From NCBI GenBank assembly GCA_965217585.1, contig OZ244561.1, forward strand, positions 3,488,001-3,552,000: DNA of 64,000 nt, given 5' to 3'. This document shows, piece by piece, positions 36,868-46,045 of the stretch. Source of the stretch: Candidatus Latescibacterota bacterium. Its GTDB lineage: Bacteria > Latescibacterota > UBA2968 > UBA8231. A program made the translations under genes and the position numbers. The notes under the pieces are model-generated. The model was not told the DNA's origin, made no database searches, and saw only the letters and a list, made by a program, of their open reading frames with translations. How positions within the stretch are numbered: position 1 is the stretch's first letter; every line of letters begins with the position of its first letter.

Positions 36868-38946
36868 TCAAAAGCCCATCCTGCGCGAATGGTTCGGCTT
36901 GGCTTCGCACTCGGTACGCAGCAATTCGGCGAGAGCCTTAGCGTCTTGCAGGTGGCCGAGGATTTCGGCTTTTCGGCGGACTACGGCGAAATCGCCTGGG
37001 GTTAGGGTGGAAAGGTCGCCGATTTCGGGCGGAGCTTCGAGCGCGAAATAGGTGTGGAACGCCGCTTGCGACTGGTCGGGGGTGAGATAGTCGAGTGCGA
37101 TTTTGAAGGTGAAGCGGCGCAGTGTGGCCGGGTCGAGGTTTTCGCCGAAGTTGGTCGTACATGCGAACGGCAGGGGATGGCTCTCCATCCAAGTCAGCAT
37201 TTCGTTGACTTGGCTGACCTCCCAGGAGCGCACGGCACCCCGACGGTCGGCGAGCAGGGAGTCGGCCTCGTCAAAGACGAGGATGGAGCCTTCGGCACGG
37301 GCTTCGGAGAAGGCAGCGGCGATCTGCTGTTCGGTTTGGCCGACCCACATCGACATTAGGTCGGAGGCACGCTTTTGGGTGACTTGGAGGCCGAGGCGTT
37401 CGGCTAGGTAGCGGACGAATGCGCTCTTGCCGGTGCCGGGTGGACCTTGCAGACAGAGAGAAAAATGCTTGCCGCCGCTTTTTACGATGCGATCCACGAA
37501 GCCGACCGGGTCAATGTCGGCCCGGACCAGGACGGGGTCGAATCTCTCGGGAGGCCCCTGGTTTGCGGGGGGCTTCTCGCCCGAAATCACCCGCGACAAG
37601 CTGCGTACGCCGAGGCGCACTGCGGTGAGGTCTCCGCCGCAGAGACTCGCGCCGGCGATGGCACTGGACGCTACGCCCGGCGTCACATCGAACTCCTTGG
37701 CTAGGGAGCGCGCATCTTCCTCGGTCGCTTTGATATCGTGGCGCGCCAACTCCCGTTTCCAGATGCGCTCCCGAACTCGGCACGGTGGCAGACGCAGTTC
37801 TAGGGTAAAGGTCATACGGCGCAGAACGGTTTGACAGGTCTCCCGGGCGGAGTTGGAGGTCCACAGCGTCGGTACTGGTGTGCGTTCGAGTATCCTGTTT
37901 AGGAACACCTTGGAGCCGCCGGACCGGAGATGGGAAAAGCCACCCGGTGAGAACGGCATCCAGCCTGAGCTTGGGTCCGAGAGGATGTCCTCCATCTCGT
38001 CAAAGAGCAGGATTGATCCTCGACTCGGAGCCAATAGGCGCTGGGCGAGCCGAAGTTCTTGGAGCCGCTCGCGCCGGTCGGGATCGCGGCCTCGCTCGTC
38101 CTCTTCGCCGACACTGTAGAGGTTCACCCCGAGCCAGACGGCCAGCGTCTTGCAAAACTCGGTCTTGCCGGTTCCCGGTGGGCCGCACACCAAGATATTC
38201 ACGCCCGGTGTGCCAGTGGATAGTGTGCCTTTGACCAACTTTTCGATGTGGTCACGATCCTCCTCCACATGATCGAAATCGGACCACTCTAGCTCACCCG
38301 GGGTGGCCGTGTCGAGCAGCAGGCGACACACGTCGAAATCGCTGTCGTCTGGGACGTAAGCTAGCCGGAGCAGTCGCTTGACGATCTCGATATCGCCGTC
38401 GTCATCGACGGACACAAGCCCCGACTTCACAAGCGGTGCATCGGCCGCGAATCGGGCGCGGAATGCGCCCGCCGGTACGCCGAAAATGCAGGGTAGGACG
38501 GGGTTCATGACGTTGAAAAATCTATGTCTGTGGTAGTGACGGCCAGATTCGAAAGAGTCGATCAGGGACACAAAAATCGGCTGCGTTTCGTGGCGCAGCA
38601 AAATCTCTAGGATCGCGATGTCCTCCGGCGCGAGGTCCACCTCCCGTCCGAGCCGCCGTAGCAGCCGCGCCGTGTGGTCTTTTCTCGCACCTTCGCAAGC
38701 TACTGCGTGCTCTTTTTCTAGGGTCTTTCGCAGGTGCTTCCACTCTCGTGCGGACACCTTTTCGTGGTGGCTGCTCTCCCGGTGGTCCCCCGGCTTCTCG
38801 TTCTCGTCACTGAGCGCGAGGATGTCGTGGTTCTCGGCGACCCATTCGGCCAGATCTTCCTTCTTTCCCGGGAAGGCGCGGTGGAAGCGCGAGGCGGCGT
38901 TGGAGAGGTAAAAGAGAATAAGCTGTCGTTCGTAGGCGTTGAGCAT
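36868..38946 (-). CDS. Tandem two-domain AAA+ ATPase
   Basis: GPPGTGKT...LLFDE and GPPGTGKS...LVFDEADS, TTN..LDPA.LRRF, LTPGDF, terminal MGF. Confidence 0.92.
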   Translation of the reverse strand: MLNAYERQLILFYLSNAASRFHRAFPGKKEDLAEWVAENHDILALSDENEKPGDHRESSHHEKVSAREWKHLRKTLEKEHAVACEGARKDHTARLLRRLGREVDLAPEDIAILEILLRHETQPIFVSLIDSFESGRHYHRHRFFNVMNPVLPCIFGVPAGAFRARFAADAPLVKSGLVSVDDDGDIEIVKRLLRLAYVPDDSDFDVCRLLLDTATPGELEWSDFDHVEEDRDHIEKLVKGTLSTGTPGVNILVCGPPGTGKTEFCKTLAVWLGVNLYSVGEEDERGRDPDRRERLQELRLAQRLLAPSRGSILLFDEMEDILSDPSSGWMPFSPGGFSHLRSGGSKVFLNRILERTPVPTLWTSNSARETCQTVLRRMTFTLELRLPPCRVRERIWKRELARHDIKATEEDARSLAKEFDVTPGVASSAIAGASLCGGDLTAVRLGVRSLSRVISGEKPPANQGPPERFDPVLVRADIDPVGFVDRIVKSGGKHFSLCLQGPPGTGKSAFVRYLAERLGLQVTQKRASDLMSMWVGQTEQQIAAAFSEARAEGSILVFDEADSLLADRRGAVRSWEVSQVNEMLTWMESHPLPFACTTNFGENLDPATLRRFTFKIALDYLTPDQSQAAFHTYFALEAPPEIGDLSTLTPGDFAVVRRKAEILGHLQDAKALAELLRTECEAKPNHSRRMGF

Positions 38947-38973
38947 GGTTTCTTCTCCGAAATGATACAGTGC

Positions 38974-39462
38974 TTACTGGGACACTAAAATCGCCAGATT
39001 GACATCTATCCCGTCAAAGTAAGATTCTAGCGCGATAGCTAGGAGGTCCCTGTTAGGGTCCGTGATCCAGAGCATACCCTCGATGATGGTGAGGATCGGC
39101 GTCTCCAACTCGTCCTCTTCGGGTACGATTGATACCGCAAACACTAAGAGATAGTCTAGCGGAATGTATGCTACTGCGTCAGGTCCGAGGTCGGGGAATG
39201 CTGTCTTGAGATAAAGGGCTTGAAAGGTTGTTGGCGTTATCCGGTCATCCTCTATGAAGATGTTGCCGTTCTCGTCATAGAGGGAACGGGATAGTTGCCG
39301 CTCGATGATGATCCCTTCTCTAGGCGGTCCGATTTCGCCTTGTGGTCCGACCTCGCCCTGTGGCCCTTGCGGCCCCGCTGGCCCCATCGGTCCCGCCGGG
39401 CCTTCGCAGGCGACAAGGCCGAAGGCCAACATAGCTACGAAAAAAGAAAAGCGAGTAAGCAC
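38974..39462 (-). CDS. Collagen-like (G-X-Y) lipoprotein
   Basis: LVAC lipobox followed by nine GXY triplets; AAGGAGG RBS. Confidence 0.8.
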   Translation of the reverse strand: MLTRFSFFVAMLAFGLVACEGPAGPMGPAGPQGPQGEVGPQGEIGPPREGIIIERQLSRSLYDENGNIFIEDDRITPTTFQALYLKTAFPDLGPDAVAYIPLDYLLVFAVSIVPEEDELETPILTIIEGMLWITDPNRDLLAIALESYFDGIDVNLAILVSQ

Positions 39463-39494
39463 TGCACACCTCCTTAATAGTTGTGGGAAAGGAA

Positions 39495-39545
39495 ACTTAC
39501 TTAGGAGGTGCGACAGATCATGTCGCAGGCAGAAACTTTTTTATA
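39495..39545 (-). promoter_or_regulatory. WYL-regulator-type promoter/operator, copy 1
   Basis: TGCGAC-N7-GTCGCA palindrome; minus strand reads TGTCGC-N10-TAAGTT. Confidence 0.65.
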
Positions 39546-39724
39546 AAAAGATCAATTTTAGTCAAAATCGTCCGTCTGACCACGCTTGCGACTAAGGGGA
39601 TACCGGACGAAAAAGGGCCCTGTAATAGGCTCTGTATGGTTAGGAGAATTTTGCCAGGAAGGATCGGCGCATGAGGATGCTTAAGACGCACCTTTAGAAG
39701 GCAGGTATCGATGGTGCGGGAGGT

Positions 39725-40279
39725 TTATGCATCTTTCAACTCTAACAAAAGATCAAAGAGAGCTTCTGCTGTCTTGAGGAGAGACTTGTCATCAGACCAA
39801 ACCGGATCGCCCTCAATTTGACTTTCGTAATTCGCGTTACATGGTAAGCAGTCCGTAAAAGAATCAATGGTCCCTTTGAGAAAATTCTTGATTTTGACGA
39901 TCAGACCGTCTTTGTCCATGAGGACACCATCCTCGAATAAGGCTAAGAGGGCAATACCCACACGATTGAGATCGTGTTTAGTATCCCAAAAATCGTGTTC
40001 AATATAGTCATAATCCTCATCCCCCCAATCCTCATTCTTTTTGAGCCATTTTTCGATTTTGACAACCATCTCGGCACTGTTCACGAAGACATCATCCTCG
40101 AACAAGGCCAAGAGGGCTTCTTTGATTTTGACGATCAGACCGTCTTTGTCCATGAGGATGCCATCCTCGAATAAGGCCAAGAGGGCAAGGGCCGCACGCT
40201 CGGCATCATATAGCAACCCTAAATCATTCACAAGGTGATCCGCAGATGGACGCAGACAGACGCAGAATAGTAGAAACAA
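39725..40279 (-). CDS. Hypothetical protein with three internal ALLALFEDG.LMDKDGLIVKIK repeats; start uncertain
   Basis: ORF with near-identical ~65-bp DNA repeats at about 39891, 40057 and 40126; signal-like N-terminus. Confidence 0.55.
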   Translation of the reverse strand: MFLLFCVCLRPSADHLVNDLGLLYDAERAALALLALFEDGILMDKDGLIVKIKEALLALFEDDVFVNSAEMVVKIEKWLKKNEDWGDEDYDYIEHDFWDTKHDLNRVGIALLALFEDGVLMDKDGLIVKIKNFLKGTIDSFTDCLPCNANYESQIEGDPVWSDDKSLLKTAEALFDLLLELKDA

Positions 40280-40306
40280 GACGATCCACAGATCGAATCG
40301 TTTAAG

Positions 40307-40486
40307 TCATTCAGGACTGCTATAGGAATCAATCTGACCAGGAGAAAGTTCGTCGCCGCAATCGAGGCAGTACGAAGCGCGAACTTCGATATTGTCCTCG
40401 ATTAGCTTCTCGGTTTTGAGTAAACTCTTGCTTTTGATAACTATTCCGTTTCTGTTCACTTTGCAGTGCTTCTCTCTTTTGGGCAT
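40307..40486 (-). CDS. Small hypothetical CxxC protein (59 aa)
   Basis: Manual translation MPKREKHCKV...SYCLDCGDELSPGQIDSYSSPE; downstream of promoter copy 2. Confidence 0.35.
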   Translation of the reverse strand: MPKREKHCKVNRNGIVIKSKSLLKTEKLIEDNIEVRASYCLDCGDELSPGQIDSYSSPE

Positions 40487-40669
40487 CTCATACCGATTTG
40501 ACTTTTTAGTGTCCTAATTACCCTCTTCTCTTGGGGGAGACTTATTAGGACAGACGATTAGCAAAACGGTATCAGACTCCTTTTAGGGTTCAAAGAGGAT
40601 TATGAGGATGCCGTCTTAGTCATAGAGAGAATTAGACAACCTCTGATTAATCGTTGTAGTAATGGATGA

Positions 40670-40719
40670 ATTTACTTAGGAGGTGCGACAGATCACGTCG
40701 CAGGCAGAGATTTTTTATA
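40670..40719 (-). promoter_or_regulatory. WYL-regulator-type promoter/operator, copy 2
   Basis: Near-identical to 39497-39545; TGTCGC-N10-TAAATT. Confidence 0.65.
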
Positions 40720-40826
40720 GACGCTAGTGTCAGGTACGCTTTGATAATACCCGAGGCGACATGAACCGGGTCTAATAAGTTGGGAAATGACTATGGGAAA
40801 CGACTAGTTGACGAGTAGAGGCTAAT

Positions 40827-41522
40827 TCATGGCCAAGACACGTGGTCCATGTCGCCGACGTTTATGAACACGTCTTTCACGTTCTCGGAAACCCATCGGG
40901 AATGGGGTATGCCGAGATGCTTGGTGGCGTGCGCGATTGCGGCTTCCCATTCTTCCCGCGAGACGGGATCCCTGTCACAGACCGTCGGATCGTTTAGGAA
41001 GTAGACGAACACTAAGCAGGCGTTGATGTTGTTCAACTCCCTCAGTAGGTAGAGGTGCGCCAGTCTGTTGGCGTACTGGTAGAAGCACTGTGACCAGTCA
41101 GTCTCGGACGTAACGCCCATAAACTCCTTAGTCTCCGCCAGCGCTGCCTTGATTTTCTTAAGGGAGGTTCCTGTTGCACCAGTGGGATTGGTGTCGAACT
41201 CGGGGATATTCGCCTTGGCTTCCAGCAAGAGAAAACGTTCACTGCTAGTCCGAGCTAGCCCATCCCACTGTGGTCCCTTCCTAGGCCAGAAGTCCTTGAG
41301 CGACCGGCTGTTGAGGCTCACATTAAGGCGCTCTATGAATTGCTCGTCTCGGTATTCGGCGAAACTGTCGCATTCCAACGGAGAAAGCCACTCGATCTTT
41401 TCACCGGAGCAAAGACCAAGTTCGTTGACGATGGCCGAGTTTATGACTTCGGGGCAGCGGTTGACGGCTATCTGTAGCCAACGCTGGCTGCCGCGTTGGG
41501 CTGCGGACTGTTCTGTTCTCAT
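40827..41522 (-). CDS. Putative PD-(D/E)XK nuclease-fold protein
   Basis: GPQWDGLA...LLLEAKA...YQYANRLA pattern. Confidence 0.6.
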   Translation of the reverse strand: MRTEQSAAQRGSQRWLQIAVNRCPEVINSAIVNELGLCSGEKIEWLSPLECDSFAEYRDEQFIERLNVSLNSRSLKDFWPRKGPQWDGLARTSSERFLLLEAKANIPEFDTNPTGATGTSLKKIKAALAETKEFMGVTSETDWSQCFYQYANRLAHLYLLRELNNINACLVFVYFLNDPTVCDRDPVSREEWEAAIAHATKHLGIPHSRWVSENVKDVFINVGDMDHVSWP

Positions 41523-41741
41523 ATCTATCTCCTTTTTATTTACAGTAACGGGTGAATTTACTCCGGTTATCGATGGTCTCGGTCAGGTCGATACTTCACG
41601 CATCTTCCCATTCAGATGGTGGCGACTGAGCAGACAGCTTTGATCCAAGATACGCAAGGTACATTTCGGCAATCCTGTCTTGGGCAACAACTTCGAACTT
41701 CACTGGGCGATCTATATCACGCTGTAGTTCTTCCCCTATTA

Positions 41742-42840
41742 TTGACCTCTGCATTTTTAAAGGAATAGTTATATATTCATTTATATGCGACCTATATATG
41801 CGACCTAAAGGTAGTGCCGATCGGCTGGAATATCGTCGTCAATGGGCGGCTCAGTTGCTTGAGGAAGGCAAAGGCGTCAACGAAGTAGCTCGTCTGGTCC
41901 AAGTCTCCCCCTCCTCGGTGTCTCGTTGGAAGGCGATGAAAGCGCAAGCCGGCGAGGAGGGGCTCAAAGCCAAACCGCATCCGGGGCGGGGCTGTCAGTT
42001 GAGCCCCCAAGACCAGGATCAGTTGAAGCAGCTTCTGCTTCAGGGCCCTCAGGCGGCTGGCTTGATACGGCGCTGTGGACCTGTGGGCGTGTAGCGCAGG
42101 TCATTGCACAGACGTTTGGGGTGTCCTATCATCCCGATCATGTAGGTCGTCTGCTGCATGGGTTGGGTTTTTCGTGCCAGTATCCCCAGCAACGCGCCCG
42201 GGAACGGGACGAGGAAGCCATCCGTCCATGGCGCTTGGTCGAGTGGCCACGGATTAAAAAAAAGCCCGACAAAAAGGGGTGACCATCGCCTGGATCGATC
42301 AGAGCGGCTTTATGTTGCAACCCACCCGTCGCCGAACAGGGGCTTTGCGGGGCCACACGCCCCTGCACAAGGTGTGGGATCGCCACGATCGCTTGTCGGT
42401 TCAGGCCGCCGTTACGCTGCCGCCTCAGCGCCAGCGGTTGGGTGTTTATTTCCGAATGTATGAGCATAATATTGACCGGCAGGATGTGGGGTCCTTTGTC
42501 GGTCATCTGCTGCGTATGATACGGCGCAAGGTCGTGCTCATTTTGGATCGGTGGAGTGTGCATCGCGCCGCGGTGGCGATCTTGCAGAAAAGGGATCCGG
42601 ATCGACTCACCATCGAATGGGTACCCGCCTATGCACCCGAATTGAATCCGACTGAACAGGTCTGGAATCATACCAAGTATGGCGATCTAGCCAACTTCAT
42701 TCCAGACCACATCGAGGACTTAGCAGATGCGGTCTGCATGTCGATCACCGCCCAGCATCATGATAACAACCTGATTCGAGGCTTCTTCAAGTATGCACAA
42801 CTTGAACTTTAAAACATTCCTTTATATTTGCAGTCCTCAA
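41742..42840 (+). mobile_element. IS630-family insertion sequence
   Basis: Imperfect TIRs TTGACCTCTGCATTTTTAAAGGAAT / TTGAGGACTGCAAATATAAAGGAAT; TA duplication at 41740-41741 and 42841-42842. Confidence 0.88.
41798..42812 (+). pseudogene. IS630 transposase in three frames (A-tract slippery site near 42256 plus an extra frameshift near 42060)
   Basis: HTH, LWT..RV, QRARERDEE, WIDQSGF, ILD...H, PAYAPELNPTEQVW. Confidence 0.85.
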
Positions 42841-43631
42841 TAAATAGAGCCTCCTTCGATACTCATCAGTCAAATCGCCTAAAATAAAAAGGATGGCTAC
42901 TTCAGAGCGGGAATTCTTGATACATCTTACTAGATCTTCGATAGGGCGGTCGTCTTCCACTCTCCCGGTATGATTCTTGCATTGGATCGGAATGCCGTCT
43001 TGTAAAATCTCACCAGTGAGCGGATTCCTCACACTGACAAGCAGATCCCAACCCTTTCTCGTATCCCGCTTCTCCTTGACCTCAACATAGGGAAGATTTT
43101 TACAGAGGTGGGCAACGAACTTCTCGAACTCCTTCCCAGGCCACTGTTCAGAGATCGACCGTATGGTCCGGCAGCGAATTTCCTTCTCCGTCTCTTCGAG
43201 CGTAAGAGCGTCACTTCTTTTTTTTGAAAGATCTAGTTCACCTTTCCCCGCACGAGTTGCGAGATTCTGTAGGGCACGGATAGATCGCTTTGGGTATATC
43301 TCATAGTAGTTTCCACGTTTGGTTAAATCATTTCGTAGAGCAGGAGTAACCTCAGCACAGTCGAGCGGAATCGGAGTTGGAGTAAGGGGACGGACATGCA
43401 GTACATGTCTGAAGTCAAGTGAGCCGTCATCCCGCCTGTACCCGTCATCGGCGAAATCGTACCCGGGTTCTATTACCTCTCCTATGACGAACTGTCTCAT
43501 TGGTTGTTCGAATTGCATTACAATGCGGTCGCCGACCTCGATATGCCGAACCAGAAACTGGCAGTACCGCCAGACGATCGCCTCTTCAGCAGTCAGTGTA
43601 GTCTTCCTCTCTAGTATTCTCAGATCTGCAC

Positions 43632-44809
43632 GGCTTTGGTGCATGAATCGTCGGTTTTTCTTGTGTTCATTGGTTGAATAAAGACAGGTTCCTTAGTAGT
43701 TTGGGCAGGACCTTTTTGGCAAAAAATCCATGCTTTCTCGTCCAAGGAACCTGTCATGCCCAAGGTATCGTCTTCTTCCTCCCCGGTCAAGTTTGCTCGC
43801 GGTCGCCCGAAGGTCGTATACCGGGTGCGTAATGGGTCTGCCTACGAGGCCGGCCTTAAACAGCGGGGGAGTCTGACGGTGTGGTTTAGCCCCCAAGCGG
43901 TTCAAGCTTGGTATTATCAAGGGCCCTCCCAGCGGGGAGCGCAATACACCTTTTCGGATGGAGCCATCCAAACGGCGTTGACGCTACGGATGCTCTATCA
44001 TTTGCCGCTGCGCCAAACCGAGGGCTTTGTCAGCTCCATCTTGGCCTTGATGGGACTGGATCTACAGGGGCCCGATCACACGACCTGGTCTCGCCGTCAG
44101 GCGGATTTGGCGGTGGATCTACCGCCCCAGCGTACCGACCAACCCCTGCACTTGGTGGTTGACTCGACGGGGCTGAAAGTGTATGGGGAAGGCGAGTGGA
44201 AGGTGCGTCAGCACGGTTGGACGAAGCGGCGCGCATGGCGCAAATTGCACCTAGGGGTCAACGAGGCTACCGGCGAAATCGTCGCACAGACCTTGACCAC
44301 CAACCGCCGAGATGATGCCTCGCAGGTGGAGCCGTTGCTGCAGCAAGTCGAAGCGTCCGTGGTCGCGTTGGGTGGCGATGGAGCCTATGATAAGCGCAAG
44401 GTCTTCGACGCGTTGGCCGCGCCCGATCAAGGCCGGCCTATTCGCCCGATCATTCCGCCGCGCAAGGACGCCAAAATCGAGCAACATGGCAACACTCACG
44501 CCGAGCCGTTACCCCGCGATGAGACGATTCGAGCGATCCGCCAACGGGGCCGTCGAACCTGGAAAAACGACAGCGGCTATCATCGCCGCTCGATCGCCGA
44601 AACGCAGATAGGCCGCTATAAACAGATACTCGGCGATACCTTACGCGCCCGAACCTTACCCCACCAACAGACCGAAACACGGTTGGGTTGTGCGGTACTT
44701 AACCGACTGCTCGCGTTGGCCAAACCCGAGTCCTATCCGATCACAAAAAAAGCGTAAACCAAAAAACCAAGAGGCCAACACAGCCGACCTGGTTTCATGC
44801 AACAAAGCC
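43632..44809 (+). mobile_element. IS5-family (IS903-group) insertion sequence without target duplication
   Basis: TIRs GGCTTTGGTGCATGAA / GGCTTTGTTGCATGAA (15 of 16 match); flanks differ. Confidence 0.88.
43756..44757 (+). CDS. IS5-family DDE transposase
   Basis: YEAGLKQRGSLTVW, VDSTGLKVYGEGEW, WRKLHL, DGAYD, GYHRRSIAET. Confidence 0.93.
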   Translation: MPKVSSSSSPVKFARGRPKVVYRVRNGSAYEAGLKQRGSLTVWFSPQAVQAWYYQGPSQRGAQYTFSDGAIQTALTLRMLYHLPLRQTEGFVSSILALMGLDLQGPDHTTWSRRQADLAVDLPPQRTDQPLHLVVDSTGLKVYGEGEWKVRQHGWTKRRAWRKLHLGVNEATGEIVAQTLTTNRRDDASQVEPLLQQVEASVVALGGDGAYDKRKVFDALAAPDQGRPIRPIIPPRKDAKIEQHGNTHAEPLPRDETIRAIRQRGRRTWKNDSGYHRRSIAETQIGRYKQILGDTLRARTLPHQQTETRLGCAVLNRLLALAKPESYPITKKA

Positions 44810-45917
44810 CCAGAAAGTCGATGATTTTCCCACCGATGTGTCGGGTCGCAAGTACGTGCGCCAATGCCCGATCCAACCGGGAGGCGTCGCCTTGCTCCAG
44901 ATCATCTAGATTCAGCACTTCTGTGTTCAGGTACATGTCCAATTCGCGGCGCAAAAAGCTGCCCAAGTCCTTGTGGATGAAGTAGTCAAAACTATTCTTG
45001 GCCGTGTATCGCTCGACGTGCTTCTCCAACAGCGTGCGATCATCATTGGTGTCCGTGGGGGCTGGCACAACTAATAGTACTAGCCAGTCCGAGGCTACTG
45101 CCTTGAGTATCCGACTGACCACTGCCTCGTTGATCCTTCCCTGTTGTCTAACACCATTGCCCGTCCACGTCTGCTTCTCGCTATCGGTCAGCGGACGGTG
45201 TTCGAAGCGCACAATGAGCGAGCCATCCTTAACCGCAATGGCATCATTGCCGCCCGCGAGTACAAAACGACGCTTCTTGCTGTCGGCTTCCTTGATATTG
45301 TCTTTCTCGTTGTCGGCTGCCGCGATCTCAAAACGTACGCGCGTCTCCGCTTCTCCTGTGCCCACTGTGAAGACATAAGAGGCGTAGTTCTCTGTCGTCT
45401 TGACGTAGTATTGATCTGCGTTGGCCCAGTGCAGCTTAACTTCCTCGCCGTCGTAAGGGATAAGGTAAGCCGCCCGCCCGCCGCTTGAGTAACGACGCTG
45501 CGAGATGAAGTCGCCCTCGGCGTAGTAGCGAGAAAAAAAGTTGGCGAGATGGTTGTACACGTCGGCCTCGGCATCCGCGTCACGCTTTGCCTCGGCGAGC
45601 CGTGCACGGAGATCTTGGACTATTTCGTTCCCGTCAGGGTCAACTCTCAGGCCCCGCAAGGTTTCGATAGTCTCGTTCAGTTTCTCTTCTATTTCAGTGA
45701 CTTGATTGCCCGTGAGCCCCTCCAACGCCTCTTTCACCTGCGGCAGCAGATCATTGTCGAGAAATGCCGAGATTTCGCTGGCCTTCATGTTCATGATGCG
45801 ATACAGGCCGAAGTCGAGGTCGCCGCGGTCGAGCTGGAACATCTCGCGCAGCAGGGCCTTCAGCCGGTCGAGCTTGCCGGTGGCGCTAGGGACAATGGAT
45901 GACGTCGAAGCGTTCAT
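44810..45917 (-). pseudogene. Type III R-M Mod subunit N-terminal fragment truncated by IS5
   Basis: LDFGLYRIMN, FFSRYY.EGDFISQRRYS, IPYDGEEVKLHWAN.DQYYVKT, DYFIHKDL..FLRRELD; no DPPY motif. Confidence 0.85.
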
Positions 45918-46045
45918 GGAATGACCTATGGGTTGGGGTAACGCAGAACGCGAAAACGAGCGAGATCAATCTTGAAAAATCACGCCCTTCAATAGTACAC
46001 AGTCAAACTAATACACCTGAACTCCTGCCATACAAACAGCCCCGC

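Larger units (their letters stand above)
34752..36990 (-). repeat. Three dispersed direct copies of the AAA-ATPase 3' end (34752-~34880, 35832-35859, 36867-~36990)
   Basis: GATCAAAAGCCCATCTTGCGCGAGTGGT is identical in copies 1 and 2; copies 1 and 3 align over about 125 bp. Confidence 0.9.
41596..43631 (-). pseudogene. Mrr-like (type IV) restriction endonuclease, 5'-truncated by IS5 and interrupted by IS630
   Basis: EFEKFVAHL, GWDLLV, IQCKNH; removing IS630 plus one TA restores the frame RRRLYLIGEELQRD...EWEDA*. Confidence 0.75.

Noticed and set aside
40307-40309. Selenocysteine read-through of the in-frame TGA
   Set aside because: No redox-motif context and no convincing SECIS hairpin.
40781-40806. 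13-bp tandem repeat TGGGAAA(T/C)GACTA
   Set aside because: Only two copies and no supporting context.
33700-46040. Classical integron, prophage, DGR or retron explanation for the island
   Set aside because: No integrase, attC sites, phage structural genes or reverse transcriptase seen.
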